Shown one piece after another: positions 18,894 through 28,895 of a DNA stretch of 64,000 nucleotides. The stretch lies in the IMG/VR virus record IMGVR_UViG_3300031576_000001, positions 258,634 through 322,633 of that record; one strand, given 5' to 3'. Position numbers and translations under genes: made by a program. The notes beneath the pieces are model-generated. The model worked only from the letters and a program-made list of their open reading frames with translations. It did not search any database and was not told the DNA's origin. Each line of letters starts with the position of its first letter. The stretch's first letter is position 1.

Positions 18894-19742
18894 ATGTGCA
18901 TCACAGCCAACGCAGCCAACCTCTCTGAGACTCGGATTTACGCCGGGGAAGCACGCGACCCCGTAGGGGAGGTGGTTCACGTCCTGGGCTACCAGAACAC
19001 AGCGGAGAACCTGGATACCAGCGGGGGCAACATGATGATCCTCCCCCTACCTGCGGCACGAGAGGTACGCCCGGACGATGTGCGCGTAGCCACGGGTCTT
19101 GACGCAACGGTGCTCGAAGCCATGGCGCTGAGAGTCGAGCGCGTTACACGGAGCCTTGGGACGAAGGACTATAACAGCCTCGACTACGTTTTCGACGTGG
19201 GCTCCTACACAGTGGTCCTCTCTCCTACCCCAGAGGGGGTCAAGGCTGCCATGACTAAGGTGCCCCTACCGCGCCAGCCCAAGAGGCTGGGTTTCGACGT
19301 GGCGTCGTTTTACAGCAAGCACTACAGGGGGCACACCCTGGCACTGTGCTTTTGGGACAGGGCTATCGCAGCGGAGCCCATTTTCTTCACGTACCACCCC
19401 ACTACGCCCACCCTCCTCTTCGCCCCGTGTCTCGACGCTCACGGGGAGGCGCCCCGTCCTGGCAAGGTCAAGACGGACCACACTTTGCTTTGGGGTACAA
19501 CGCTGAGGAAGCTGCAACCTAAGAAGTGGGTACAGCCCGCGCCCATCGTGTTCGACCCCGTGCTCCGGGGACTCATCGGTCAGTACGTGGGGGCGCCGTT
19601 GCCCGCTGTCTTGCAGAACGGGGACTGCTTTTTTTCTGTGTCGGAGTTTGACGCGATGAGCCGGCCAAGCCGGTTCAACATACCGTGTCACCAGCGTAAA
19701 GCGCCGTGGGACCAAACGTACACGGAGATCGGGTTCTTTTAG
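18894..19742 (+). CDS. conserved hypothetical protein
   Basis: MCI...HVLGYQNTAENL...NMMILPLP and FDVGSYTVV recall an uncharacterised family; GGTGTAAACT 7 nt upstream. Confidence 0.7.
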   Translation: MCITANAANLSETRIYAGEARDPVGEVVHVLGYQNTAENLDTSGGNMMILPLPAAREVRPDDVRVATGLDATVLEAMALRVERVTRSLGTKDYNSLDYVFDVGSYTVVLSPTPEGVKAAMTKVPLPRQPKRLGFDVASFYSKHYRGHTLALCFWDRAIAAEPIFFTYHPTTPTLLFAPCLDAHGEAPRPGKVKTDHTLLWGTTLRKLQPKKWVQPAPIVFDPVLRGLIGQYVGAPLPAVLQNGDCFFSVSEFDAMSRPSRFNIPCHQRKAPWDQTYTEIGFF

Positions 19743-19744
19743 CC

Positions 19745-19963
19745 ATGCCACGCGAAGATCACATTGAGCTAGAGGGCGTAGTCACGGACGCTCTGGGGGG
19801 CGGGCAGTATTCTGTCAAAACCTCTTCAGGGCAAAGTGTAAGGGCTCAGTTGTCCGGCAGAATGAAGCGCAACAAGATCCGGGTTCTTCCTGGGGACGCG
19901 GTTCGCGTTGCCGTTTCACCCTACGACCCCACCCACGGACTCATCAATTACCGAGGAAAGTAG
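19745..19963 (+). CDS. infA: translation initiation factor IF-1
   Basis: EDHIELEGVVTDAL...AQLSGRMKRNKIRVLPGDAVRVAVSPYD...GLINYR; 72 aa. Confidence 0.95.
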   Translation: MPREDHIELEGVVTDALGGGQYSVKTSSGQSVRAQLSGRMKRNKIRVLPGDAVRVAVSPYDPTHGLINYRGK

Positions 19964-19968
19964 AGCAC

Positions 19969-20193
19969 ATGACCAAGCGCCGTAACCCAGTGGTCCGCAG
20001 CCCCGAAGCACAAGCCGAGATTACCGAGAGGAAGCTGGGCAGAAAGCACCGCTTTCGCTTGCTCAAACGTGCCTCAGCCTCGCCACCCAACACCACACCG
20101 CCCGGAGGCGGGGGCAACGAGAGCCCAACCAGCGAGCCTAGCGAGCCTAGCGAGCACAGCGAGCACAGCGAGGCTTCCGTTGCAGCACCCTGA
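19969..20193 (+). CDS. small basic protein with a low-complexity tail
   Basis: ATG 5 nt after IF-1; 9-bp tandem repeat encoding SEPSEPSEHSEHSE. Confidence 0.5.
   Translation: MTKRRNPVVRSPEAQAEITERKLGRKHRFRLLKRASASPPNTTPPGGGGNESPTSEPSEPSEHSEHSEASVAAP
20131..20173 (+). repeat. 9-bp tandem repeat (AGCGAGCCT/AGCGAGCAC), about 4.7 copies
   Basis: Seen directly. Confidence 0.8.
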
Positions 20194-20421
20194 CACTCCG
20201 GGGCGCACCCTCATTCTCTACGCTTACACGGGCGGCGAGCAGTTCATTTACGAGGTGGACAGCCTGACCCGAAGGACGCGGCGTGTCCTAGAGGGCAGGT
20301 ACCAAGAGGGAGCGCACTACCTTGCCTGCGTAGAGGTTACCTTGTGGGCAGAGACCCCCGAGGTACGGGAAGATGCGCTACGGGCGCTCAAGGATGCCGC
20401 GGGGTGGGTCGAAAAAAAGAC

Positions 20422-20456
20422 GTGAATCCTGAGTCGAGTTGAGCGTAAGAGGGGTT
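20422..20456 (+). promoter_or_regulatory. GTGAA-N17-CGTA promoter-like motif
   Basis: GTGAATCCTGAG...GAGCGTAAGAG before ATG 20457. Confidence 0.7.
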
Positions 20457-21116
20457 ATGCAAACCCCCGATTCCGTCCTCTCCAAGATCGCCGCGTACAT
20501 CCTCGCCAACCCCTTGCGCCCGCTGGTAGAGCACCAGACCTCCTACCTGGAGAGCAAGACCCGCGCCGAAGGTGCCAAGGACTACCTCAACGTGGACTTC
20601 GGCTCGTGCGGTACGGAGGCGCACCTTTCGGTCCACACCGAGCCGTTGGGTTCCCCGGAGGACAGCGATGGGAACACCGTGCTCCGCACCAAGCTGTTCT
20701 TCAGCTTCAACCACCCCACCCACGGCAGCACGGACCTGAGCACCACCATCCAGCGCCTCACCTTCCTCCGCGAGGCTGCCTCGTACTTCGCGGAAATTGA
20801 GAACCGCTTTGGGTACGACTTCTCCGGGGGCGCGGCTAACGGTACGCCCATCGTCTTCACCAAGGTGGTCCAGACCAAGGCTGAACGCGAGGCGCGGGAG
20901 GTAGCTAACCAGATCCAGTACAGGCTTTTTAGCCTGTACGCTGCCACCACCAACGTGCGCAAGGGAATGCGCGTGGGTAACACGCGCCCCTACGACGGCG
21001 CCAGCGCTTGCGCAATCCTCGGCTCCGACACGGTGGGGCTCACTGCGGCTGACGGCAAGGTCTTCAACGTGAGCCCTACCCACATCACCCGCATCGCCTT
21101 AGCTCTCAGGCGGTGA
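20457..21116 (+). CDS. hypothetical protein
   Basis: GC3-rich ORF after the motif; in-frame TTA at 21099. Confidence 0.75.
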   Translation: MQTPDSVLSKIAAYILANPLRPLVEHQTSYLESKTRAEGAKDYLNVDFGSCGTEAHLSVHTEPLGSPEDSDGNTVLRTKLFFSFNHPTHGSTDLSTTIQRLTFLREAASYFAEIENRFGYDFSGGAANGTPIVFTKVVQTKAEREAREVANQIQYRLFSLYAATTNVRKGMRVGNTRPYDGASACAILGSDTVGLTAADGKVFNVSPTHITRIALALRR

Positions 21117-21144
21117 CAAGCAAGGGAACCACACCCTAACCCTC

Positions 21145-24100
21145 TCAGGAGTCGATAAACATAGAGACCAACCCGGCGCCAGGGTCTCTAACTACCCTGT
21201 ACGTGTGGAAGGCGCCGCCCAGGTAGTCAAACGGGACCGAGGAGAGCAGGTTCCCGTTGTTGACGTCCTTGAGCAAAACCAGCCGCTCCCCGAGAGGCGT
21301 GGTAACCAAGGCGAACGCCACGGTAAAGCCGGGAGCTGAGAGACCAAACCGGATCTGAGTATCCCCCGTGCCAGCCGTGCTGTCGTTGAGCACCTTGAGC
21401 TTGAAGTTAATCTCGGTTCGCAAAGAGGGGGCGTCAGGGAAGGGGGTATCGTTCTTGTAAATTGTCTTGGTACCCACGCCCCCCGTGCTGTACGTCAGAA
21501 CCCCAGAGAACGCTGACGTGCTTACCTGAGCCGGCACGTCGGACGCCAGAACCCACGGAGTCTGAGCGCTGGTATCATTCTCCGGTAGGACCGAGCCATC
21601 ATAAACAAGGCATACCTCTTTGGTATAGTTTATGCCAGAGATTGCAGAGAAGGTGTCACAAGCTGGGGAGAGCAAGTCTAGCTCGCCAGACGTTTTCTCG
21701 ACCACTTTGAGGCAGTTATATAGCACGTCCTCAGCCACCTTGACGATGACCTTCTTGGTGGCGTCATTGAGCGTGAAATCAGGGTCGCTATTGAGAACGT
21801 CTTCCGGGCTATTCAGCACAGAGACAAACTGAGTGATAACCTGAGAGCCGCGGACGTTCTTGCTCTGCGTAGAGGGTACAAGGGGGGTGCCCTCAAACAA
21901 GACCGTGTAGGCTTGCAGCGTGGGGCTCGCCAGAAAATCAGGGGTCGTGGTGGGCACAATGCCCGTGGACGACGACGAAAACTGGGTGTGCGTGTGAGGC
22001 AGGCTGGTAAAAAGGTGCTCCGGTGACTGCATCACGTTGCGCTGATTGAGAACCATGTGGTGAGGCACAATCCGTGTCTCCGACAAGGCCCTGGTAACCC
22101 CATAGCGTACATAGTCCCACGCTGATTGTGACAGGTTAACGGGGCTCATTGCGCCCCATACAAAGCCTGGCAGACCGCCTAGAATGAGGTCAACGGGGGA
22201 GCCCAGTACAGGGGGCAACTCCTCTGGGTATCTCGCTTGCAGTAGAGGTACGGGTTGCGAGTCGAGAAACAAGCTAACGTGGTCAGCGCTACGAAAGAGC
22301 CTGTACTTGTGCTGAATCGTCCAATCTTGCTCAGAGGGTACCCTGTACTGGATGTCTTCCAAAAGGACCGCCAGTGACAAGGTAAGCGTGGTGGGCGTAG
22401 GTACGGCGGTAATCTCGTACACACCACGCAAACCCTCGGGGGCGTCAAGAACAAAGGCGTCCCCCGCAATGACACCCGCCCCGAAGAAGTTAGCCCCTGG
22501 GTCGGTTAGCGTGTTTCCGCTCAGGGTGGCTTTCCCGCTAGCCTTCAACGGTAGGTGATACCCAGTCAAGTCCTCTGCGTGGCCCCTGTCTTTCCAGACG
22601 CCCACGTACTTCTTGGCTAGCGAGGAGGGAGCCCGCCACGCATTGACGTAAGCCCATTCCACGGTGGACAGCGCTGCTACGCTCACAGCCGTAGACGAGC
22701 CAAAGCTCAAAGCGCCGTTACCCAGCGAGGCAGAGAAGAGGGAGTACGCCGCGCTACCCAGGAAAACACCGTCAACGAAGAGGCTAATCAGGTCGCCCGC
22801 GGTGCTCTTTGCCAGCCTGTACGTGTGAAAGGCGCCGTCAAACCAATCGAAGGCAAAAGTAGCCACGACAGGGAAGACCCCTTGGGAGTGCAACGCGACA
22901 TAACGCATTGCGCCAACCTCCACGAGAAGGAGCCCGTAGCTTCTCCCCGGGGTGAGGGGCTCACCGTCGAAGGCATCCACGGTCACACCTGCAAAGCCGT
23001 CACTATCCACCGTGTATGCCTCGACCCGTAGCCTGGCCTCTACGTAAGCGTCTACGGCAGGGGAGAAGACCCTGGCACTCGTGGTGGGGGCTCCTGGGTC
23101 GTCGAGCACAAAGACTACCCCGTCATTGATCGTGGTGTCCGTGACAAGGAGGGTTCTGCCCCGTAGCTCGACCTTGAGCTGAGAGGGGTCTATTGTGCCC
23201 CCCAGCCTGACCCAGGGGGAAGGCTGAGCCTCCTCTGGCAAACTTCGCCCAGGGTAGCTCATCGTCGGGTAGGCTTCCGAGGAGAGCATGGTTAGCTGAA
23301 TGAGCCGTGAGCCATCACTGTACGCCGCAAAGACCCCATGAGGGGTGACCCCGTGGGTCCAGGTACGAAGAGACACGCCCACGTCGAAAACGAGGTCCGT
23401 TGAGGCTGACGCCAGGGGCTCTATTCTAGCGTAGGCTCGGAAGTCACCCCCGACGAGACCCACGCCCGAGGCGGTACTGGCGCTGGTGCTGTCGAGTAGA
23501 AGCAAGTTGTTACCCAGCACGGTCCCTGTACCGTGATAGCCCACGGGGGTCCAGGGCAGGGGGGCATCCTCGGGGAGGGTGTTGCCCTCGTAGCTCACAA
23601 AAGCTGAGGGTGCCGTCTGGTAGGGGTTCGTGGGCAGAACAAGGTGTTTTACGAAGTCCCACGACGACGTAGACTGAGCCGGGCGAGACAACGAGCCAAA
23701 GACAACGCCTTGCAAGGTGTTGAGGGGGTCGTTTAGCTCATAGAGGTAGGGTCTCTCTGAGGCAAGGAGTGTCAACGTGGGTAGAACGTCCCCGTCGAGG
23801 TAGAAGCTAACGGAGCCATCCTTGGCTTGAAAGAGCCGGTAAGACCGAAGGGTGGTCCAATCGAGGTCCGCGGTACGCCAAGAGGCTATGCCCCCCTGAC
23901 CCTCGGTGGCAGAGCCCCCGAGCAAAAAGCCCATCTTTTTGACCCCGCCGTCATCAAGGAAGCCAATCAGAGTAAGGCGGGAGCCGTCACTCCAACCCGC
24001 GGATACGCCGGTCCACACCCCCTCTAGGCTGGGCGCATCAGCCACATAACCCCGCCATGAGAGCGCCATGACGTGAGGGAAGGAGAGGTCTAGCTGCCGG

Positions 24101-25035
24101 CGCCAAAAGAGGGGCTGTCCTACGGGGAAGTCCCCCGTGGTAGTATCCATCACCAAGAGGGAGCCAAAGGCAATGGACGTGACCCCCGTACCAATGCGTT
24201 CCCAGGGGTTGTCCGGGTCGTTCTCGGGGAGGGTCAGCGCCTCGTACCGTATGAAGGACTCGGACAGGGTACGCTGTAGGGGAGGGTAAGCGATCCGGTT
24301 CCTGGGTGTGTTGAGCACCAAGAGGTTGGGGTCGTTTAGTGCCACGCTGTAGGCACGCTCGTAAGCCCGGTAGCCTAGCTGGCGCTGTCTCGGTTGAGCT
24401 TGCTTGGCGAGTAGCGAGCTTGCCTGGTAGTTCTTGGGGTTGGTGAGGACCGCCTTGTAGTTGTAGGTGCGATATGACCCCAGAGACCTCCGGGGAGGGC
24501 GCCCTCTGTTAAGAGTGAAGGCGCGGCGGTTCAGACCCCGTAGCTCGACGTGGGGGTGAGCGAGCCACCGGTAGGACACCCTTACCGTGTCGGCTGGCAG
24601 CGGGGCTGAGAGGAGGACAACTTGACCGAGAAGCCCGGAGACCTCTTCCACCCCCACTGGAATCCCGTTGACCTTGACGGTCACGTCGGAGGGGGTGTCA
24701 GCTATCTCGCCTCTACGTAGGTTGACCAGCGACCAAGAGAGGGGGTTAGGTTCTGGGGTGTGGAAGTTAGCCCGTAGCTTGGCTTTGGTAGGGGAGAGCA
24801 CGGTCTCGATGAGAAACTCCCCGTCATTGTTGTTGCCGCTCCCCGTGAGGCGGATAACCAAGCCAACGTGAGCCTGGGTGAGCAACGCCCCGGTGAGGGT
24901 GGCTTGACTGGGGGTGAGCGCAACGCCTACCCCCGATTGGAGGGTGAGGGGGGGCTTGACGATGGGGCCACGGTTGGTAAAAACCGAGCGCTGTACCACG
25001 GAGGGGCTTTGGAAGTACGCGAGCGAGGGGGGCAT
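21145..25035 (-). CDS. large virion (baseplate/tail-associated) protein with repeated beta-sandwich-like domains
   Basis: 1296 aa; recurring Y.G..LPE....PW and DW...H.YRL units; no in-frame TTA. Confidence 0.7.
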   Translation of the reverse strand: MPPSLAYFQSPSVVQRSVFTNRGPIVKPPLTLQSGVGVALTPSQATLTGALLTQAHVGLVIRLTGSGNNNDGEFLIETVLSPTKAKLRANFHTPEPNPLSWSLVNLRRGEIADTPSDVTVKVNGIPVGVEEVSGLLGQVVLLSAPLPADTVRVSYRWLAHPHVELRGLNRRAFTLNRGRPPRRSLGSYRTYNYKAVLTNPKNYQASSLLAKQAQPRQRQLGYRAYERAYSVALNDPNLLVLNTPRNRIAYPPLQRTLSESFIRYEALTLPENDPDNPWERIGTGVTSIAFGSLLVMDTTTGDFPVGQPLFWRRQLDLSFPHVMALSWRGYVADAPSLEGVWTGVSAGWSDGSRLTLIGFLDDGGVKKMGFLLGGSATEGQGGIASWRTADLDWTTLRSYRLFQAKDGSVSFYLDGDVLPTLTLLASERPYLYELNDPLNTLQGVVFGSLSRPAQSTSSWDFVKHLVLPTNPYQTAPSAFVSYEGNTLPEDAPLPWTPVGYHGTGTVLGNNLLLLDSTSASTASGVGLVGGDFRAYARIEPLASASTDLVFDVGVSLRTWTHGVTPHGVFAAYSDGSRLIQLTMLSSEAYPTMSYPGRSLPEEAQPSPWVRLGGTIDPSQLKVELRGRTLLVTDTTINDGVVFVLDDPGAPTTSARVFSPAVDAYVEARLRVEAYTVDSDGFAGVTVDAFDGEPLTPGRSYGLLLVEVGAMRYVALHSQGVFPVVATFAFDWFDGAFHTYRLAKSTAGDLISLFVDGVFLGSAAYSLFSASLGNGALSFGSSTAVSVAALSTVEWAYVNAWRAPSSLAKKYVGVWKDRGHAEDLTGYHLPLKASGKATLSGNTLTDPGANFFGAGVIAGDAFVLDAPEGLRGVYEITAVPTPTTLTLSLAVLLEDIQYRVPSEQDWTIQHKYRLFRSADHVSLFLDSQPVPLLQARYPEELPPVLGSPVDLILGGLPGFVWGAMSPVNLSQSAWDYVRYGVTRALSETRIVPHHMVLNQRNVMQSPEHLFTSLPHTHTQFSSSSTGIVPTTTPDFLASPTLQAYTVLFEGTPLVPSTQSKNVRGSQVITQFVSVLNSPEDVLNSDPDFTLNDATKKVIVKVAEDVLYNCLKVVEKTSGELDLLSPACDTFSAISGINYTKEVCLVYDGSVLPENDTSAQTPWVLASDVPAQVSTSAFSGVLTYSTGGVGTKTIYKNDTPFPDAPSLRTEINFKLKVLNDSTAGTGDTQIRFGLSAPGFTVAFALVTTPLGERLVLLKDVNNGNLLSSVPFDYLGGAFHTYRVVRDPGAGLVSMFIDS

Positions 25036-25102
25036 TTCTTACCTAGAGGCTTGTGTAGCAAAGCGTAGCCCTCTTGGGTCGGTGAGGTGTACCGAGGGAA
25101 AC

Positions 25103-25618
25103 ATGACCGAGGATCAAACCAACCTGAAGCTGAAAGCCATCCAAGAGGCTCGTGCGCGTATCCTGAACCAGAACATCCTACCCACCGTGGCGGTCTACCT
25201 CACAAACCAAGACGTTACGAAGTGTGAGGCTTGCGCCGTGGGTAGCCTCTTCGTGGGGCTGTCTCGCGTGAAGGGTTTGCAAGATTCGTGGTCGGAGAGT
25301 GTGAAACCTATGGTACCTGTGGCCGAGATCCACGAAGTCCTCGGGGAAGTGTTTGACCCCACCACCGTGATCCTCTTCGAGGTCGCCTACATGGGCTACC
25401 TTCCCCCGGTCAGCACAGGGACAGCGCTTTACAAGGACTTCCGTGCGGCGCACAGCCCGGAAGATCGACACGATATGCTGCAAAAAGCACGCCAGTGGCG
25501 TGCTTTTTGTGGTTTGGACCACGAAGGGCGCTTGTTGCTCCTCCTTGACTACCTGGAGGCTGGCAAAGGGGTACTCACGGTGTTCCTGCCTGGTAAGACC
25601 CTCAGCGAAAACCCGTGA
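25103..25618 (+). CDS. hypothetical protein, paralogue of 25650
   Basis: CEACAVGSLFVG vs CKVCALGALFVG; GGTGTA motif at 25086. Confidence 0.75.
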   Translation: MTEDQTNLKLKAIQEARARILNQNILPTVAVYLTNQDVTKCEACAVGSLFVGLSRVKGLQDSWSESVKPMVPVAEIHEVLGEVFDPTTVILFEVAYMGYLPPVSTGTALYKDFRAAHSPEDRHDMLQKARQWRAFCGLDHEGRLLLLLDYLEAGKGVLTVFLPGKTLSENP

Positions 25619-25649
25619 ATCCCGAAGCTAGGCGAGCGTAGGAGACAGC
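25615..25649 (+). promoter_or_regulatory. GTGAA-N17-CGTA promoter-like motif
   Basis: GTGAATCCCGAAG...GAGCGTAGGAG before ATG 25650. Confidence 0.7.
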
Positions 25650-26159
25650 ATGACAACGACAGACGACAAAGACCGCGAGCAAAGGCTCGCCATCATCCGT
25701 GATGCGCGGGAGCTGGTCCTGGGGGGCACTGTTCTCCCCCACCCGGACTACTACGTCTACCCCTACGTGGACGAGAAAGGCACGCTCGTTAAAGGGATGT
25801 GCAAAGTTTGCGCGCTGGGGGCTCTCTTCGTGGGGTGGACACAGCAACGTGAACTTGACGGGGGTGCCCGGGAACAGTCCAACGCGCTGTACCGCAGGCT
25901 GAGCAAGGTCTTCTCCGTAGAGACCCTGATCTTGACCGAGGTGGCTTTTGAGGGCGTGGTGCCTGACAGCACCCGGGCGCAGGCGTGGTACACCAACTGG
26001 TGCGACGCTGACCCGAAGGCGGCTGACGCTATGGTCCAGCACGCGAAGGACTGGCACGACGCGGCGTGGGGCAATCCCACCGAGAGGCTGCTCGTCATTC
26101 TGGCCCTCTTGGAGGAACACGGTGGAGCACTTGCTGTGTTCGCCGCAGAGGGGAAGTGA
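25650..26159 (+). CDS. hypothetical protein, paralogue of 25103
   Basis: Shared CxxC, EVA[YF].G and RLL motifs. Confidence 0.75.
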   Translation: MTTTDDKDREQRLAIIRDARELVLGGTVLPHPDYYVYPYVDEKGTLVKGMCKVCALGALFVGWTQQRELDGGAREQSNALYRRLSKVFSVETLILTEVAFEGVVPDSTRAQAWYTNWCDADPKAADAMVQHAKDWHDAAWGNPTERLLVILALLEEHGGALAVFAAEGK

Positions 26160-26161
26160 CC

Positions 26162-26428
26162 ATGCCTCTCCGGGGTGACCAGTGCTTTATCCTGGCCCTT
26201 CTCGGGCTCGCCATTCTCTGTAACTTGAAAGCTACACGGGATGGGGCGCTAGCTGAGGCTGTCCGGCTATGGTTGGTGCCACCAACCATAGCGGAAACGC
26301 GGGTGGTTACGCACCCACCGTGCCGCAACGCGGTGCTGTCCTACGTGGTGACCGATGGCAGACGAGCTATCACGGTGTGCTGTGAGTTGTCCTCTCTCTG
26401 TACATCGGTAACCCTCGGTAACCCTTGA
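26162..26428 (+). CDS. small membrane or secreted protein
   Basis: Hydrophobic N-terminus FILALLGLAIL. Confidence 0.45.
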   Translation: MPLRGDQCFILALLGLAILCNLKATRDGALAEAVRLWLVPPTIAETRVVTHPPCRNAVLSYVVTDGRRAITVCCELSSLCTSVTLGNP

Positions 26429-26657
26429 TAGCTTGCCCGACGTGGGGTAGTCTTTACCCTCACGATGACCGACAAGCAAAAGGGTATCCTGAGAGGCGTA
26501 GCGTGGGGCGTGCTGTGCTGGGGGGTTGTCTTCCTGGCAATGTACCTAGCCAGGCAACACGGACCTGTTCGCGAACACATTCAACCGTTGCCTCCCGTGG
26601 AGTACCAGCCCTCACCTTAGCCTTGACTTGTCCCTGAGCTGAGGTGAGGTACCTGTG

Positions 26658-27164
26658 ATGGACGACCTGACGCTGCCCGACTGGATTCAGAGGCGTATCA
26701 ACGAGATTCTCAGCGTTGGAGGTGTGCTCCCGCTCATGCCTTTTCAGCCCGAAGTCACGGTGGGCGTAGGGAAGAAGATGGGTCATGTGTGTCTGACCGC
26801 CAAGGTCACCATTGACGGCAAGCCAGGAGAGGGTGCGTGGGAGGGTCCAGCTAGCAAGCTGGCAGGTAGTGAGATCGCTGAGGTTGTGCGTGGCATCCTT
26901 GAAACCTCAATCCGCCAGAGCTTTGCACCACCCAAGAAGCTCATCTTGACCAATCTGTTCACTGTACCGCCCCAGGTAGATGACGAGGTTTCCGACTGGC
27001 GTAGTTACGTCACGGACGCCTGGAAAGTCACACTGGGCGACGTGATCGACCTGACGCGCCCCATCAACCTGTCTGACCTTCAACTGATGTTAGAACGGCA
27101 AACCTCGCCCTTCAGGGCGGGGATGGTTTATGTTAGCGCGTGGAGCCTCGTCGGGGTACACTGA
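26658..27164 (+). CDS. hypothetical protein
   Basis: GAGG SD; in-frame TTA at 27090. Confidence 0.65.
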   Translation: MDDLTLPDWIQRRINEILSVGGVLPLMPFQPEVTVGVGKKMGHVCLTAKVTIDGKPGEGAWEGPASKLAGSEIAEVVRGILETSIRQSFAPPKKLILTNLFTVPPQVDDEVSDWRSYVTDAWKVTLGDVIDLTRPINLSDLQLMLERQTSPFRAGMVYVSAWSLVGVH

Positions 27165-27171
27165 CGAGGCG

Positions 27172-27792
27172 ATGGCGTTCAGAAAAACACCGTGCAAGGG
27201 GGAGCACACACCAAGGGTCGTCACCTACTCCCTATGTGGGGGTAGGGCGACGGTGCGCCTGGGGTGCCGTCATTGCCCTGTGACGTGGGATGACGATGAG
27301 CTACCCGAAGAGGTCAACGCCTTGCTAAGGGCGAGCTTTGACGCTCCGCGCGAACCTACGGTGGACCAGGAGTTTTTCGAGGAGTTCTGCCCCGAGTTCA
27401 ACCGGGTAGGCTCGCCTGCGTGGAAGTTTGAGGGGTACAACCTCATGCAAAATGCGCGCAAGTGGGCTGAGGGCAAAGAGGGTGTCACGGTGGTCAAGAT
27501 TGACGACGACCGTTTCATGTCGGGCGACCTCCTTCTCTTGGAGAGCTACGACGGGGAGGCAGAATGGTTTGGGGTATGCGTGGTGGTACTCACCCAGTAC
27601 AGCACGGAGCCCACGGTGTTTTGGCTACGTACCCCGCAGGCTGATCTGATAGATACCCTGCGAGGCTACCAGAAGCACTCCATGCTGGCTCAGAAGGCGT
27701 CTGACCTGAAAGACCTGTCGGCCAAAGTTAGGCTCATGGACATTTACAAACCACCCCAACCCAAGGGGAGCATAACGTGCCCCTATCGCTAA
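27172..27792 (+). CDS. hypothetical protein
   Basis: ORF track; TACACT element upstream. Confidence 0.65.
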   Translation: MAFRKTPCKGEHTPRVVTYSLCGGRATVRLGCRHCPVTWDDDELPEEVNALLRASFDAPREPTVDQEFFEEFCPEFNRVGSPAWKFEGYNLMQNARKWAEGKEGVTVVKIDDDRFMSGDLLLLESYDGEAEWFGVCVVVLTQYSTEPTVFWLRTPQADLIDTLRGYQKHSMLAQKASDLKDLSAKVRLMDIYKPPQPKGSITCPYR

Positions 27793-28052
27793 AAGACGCT
27801 GCGCTAGCTTTTCGTGAGGCTGCGCTAGCCTCCCTCCCACCGTGCCCCCTCTCAGCCAAGGACTCCTGTGGTCCTGTCACGCACTCCGTAGCGGAGGGCT
27901 ACGGGGTTACCCTTTACTGTAGAGCGTGCGTTGCAACGCACGAGATAAAGGGCGCTGTAGAGCTACCGTGGGTTCAAGCTGAGTGCGACTTGCAGAGGGC
28001 GCTAACGAAGCAGACCGGTCTCGCCTCTTGGTTGAGGGACGCAGACGAATAA
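27777..28052 (+). CDS. small Cys-containing hypothetical protein
   Basis: Its TAA stop (28050) pairs with the convergent gene's TTA. Confidence 0.55.
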   Translation: MPLSLKDAALAFREAALASLPPCPLSAKDSCGPVTHSVAEGYGVTLYCRACVATHEIKGAVELPWVQAECDLQRALTKQTGLASWLRDADE

Positions 28053-28853
28053 GAAATCAGCGTCATGGTTCTCTTCAGTGACCACGTTCACGTCTTTGTG
28101 CCCTTTGATGTCCCGGTCGAGGATACCATCGCAATAGCGGCGCACATCTTCGTAATGGTAGACAGCCATACGCCAACGCATAGCGTCAAGCACACCAGCG
28201 CCGTCGTTGGGGTTGTAGGTGTCCTTGAAGAGCACCCGGAACCGGAAGAGGGTGTGAGCGGGTCTCAGCACGTCAATAAGCTGGCGCAATGCTGCGTCAA
28301 GGTTGAAGAAGTCCGGCGGAAAGCTGTTGTCGTCCAGGGTGATCGTAAAACCCCACTGGTCTGAAATGTCCAGACCGGACGCCCCCCCTCTTAGCAGCAA
28401 GAAGTTCTCGGCTATGGTTACCGTCTCTGCAAAGAGAAGCTGGCTAGCCGATAGCATGGTGGACGGTATGCTGCCCGAGAAGTAAAGCCGGAGGACAGAC
28501 AGGAAAAACCTGCGAAACTCCTCTGAGTCAAAGCCCACCTTGGGCAACTTACCGTTGAGAAAGAGCAAGTAGCCGATTACCTGATAGAGAAACTCTGGGC
28601 GTGCAGTAAGTGCTGAGCGGTCCCTGTCCACGTCCTCCAGGGCTAGCTCTAGCCTGGCTATCTCGGTGGCGATGGCCTTCAAATCCAGCGTATAATTGCT
28701 CCCCTCCACCGATGAAATGTACGACGATGGAAGCAGATTCAAGAGCGTAGAAAAGATGGAGCTACCCCGTTGAACAAGACGTAGCTGAAATTCCTTGCCC
28801 TTCTGCGGGACCGAGAAGTTTTGCCTGAGAGGGTCTGTTTCAAATCTGGCCAT
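28002..28853 (-). CDS. putative baseplate wedge protein (tail protein I-like)
   Basis: LLNLLPSSY N-terminus and LIDVLRPAHT motif typical of baseplate wedge subunits; in-frame TTA at 28050. Confidence 0.65.
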   Translation of the reverse strand: MARFETDPLRQNFSVPQKGKEFQLRLVQRGSSIFSTLLNLLPSSYISSVEGSNYTLDLKAIATEIARLELALEDVDRDRSALTARPEFLYQVIGYLLFLNGKLPKVGFDSEEFRRFFLSVLRLYFSGSIPSTMLSASQLLFAETVTIAENFLLLRGGASGLDISDQWGFTITLDDNSFPPDFFNLDAALRQLIDVLRPAHTLFRFRVLFKDTYNPNDGAGVLDAMRWRMAVYHYEDVRRYCDGILDRDIKGHKDVNVVTEENHDADFLFVCVPQPRGETGLLR

Positions 28854-28895
28854 ACTTAGCGTTCCTCGGGGAGTGAAAGGGTGTACTGTAGACTC

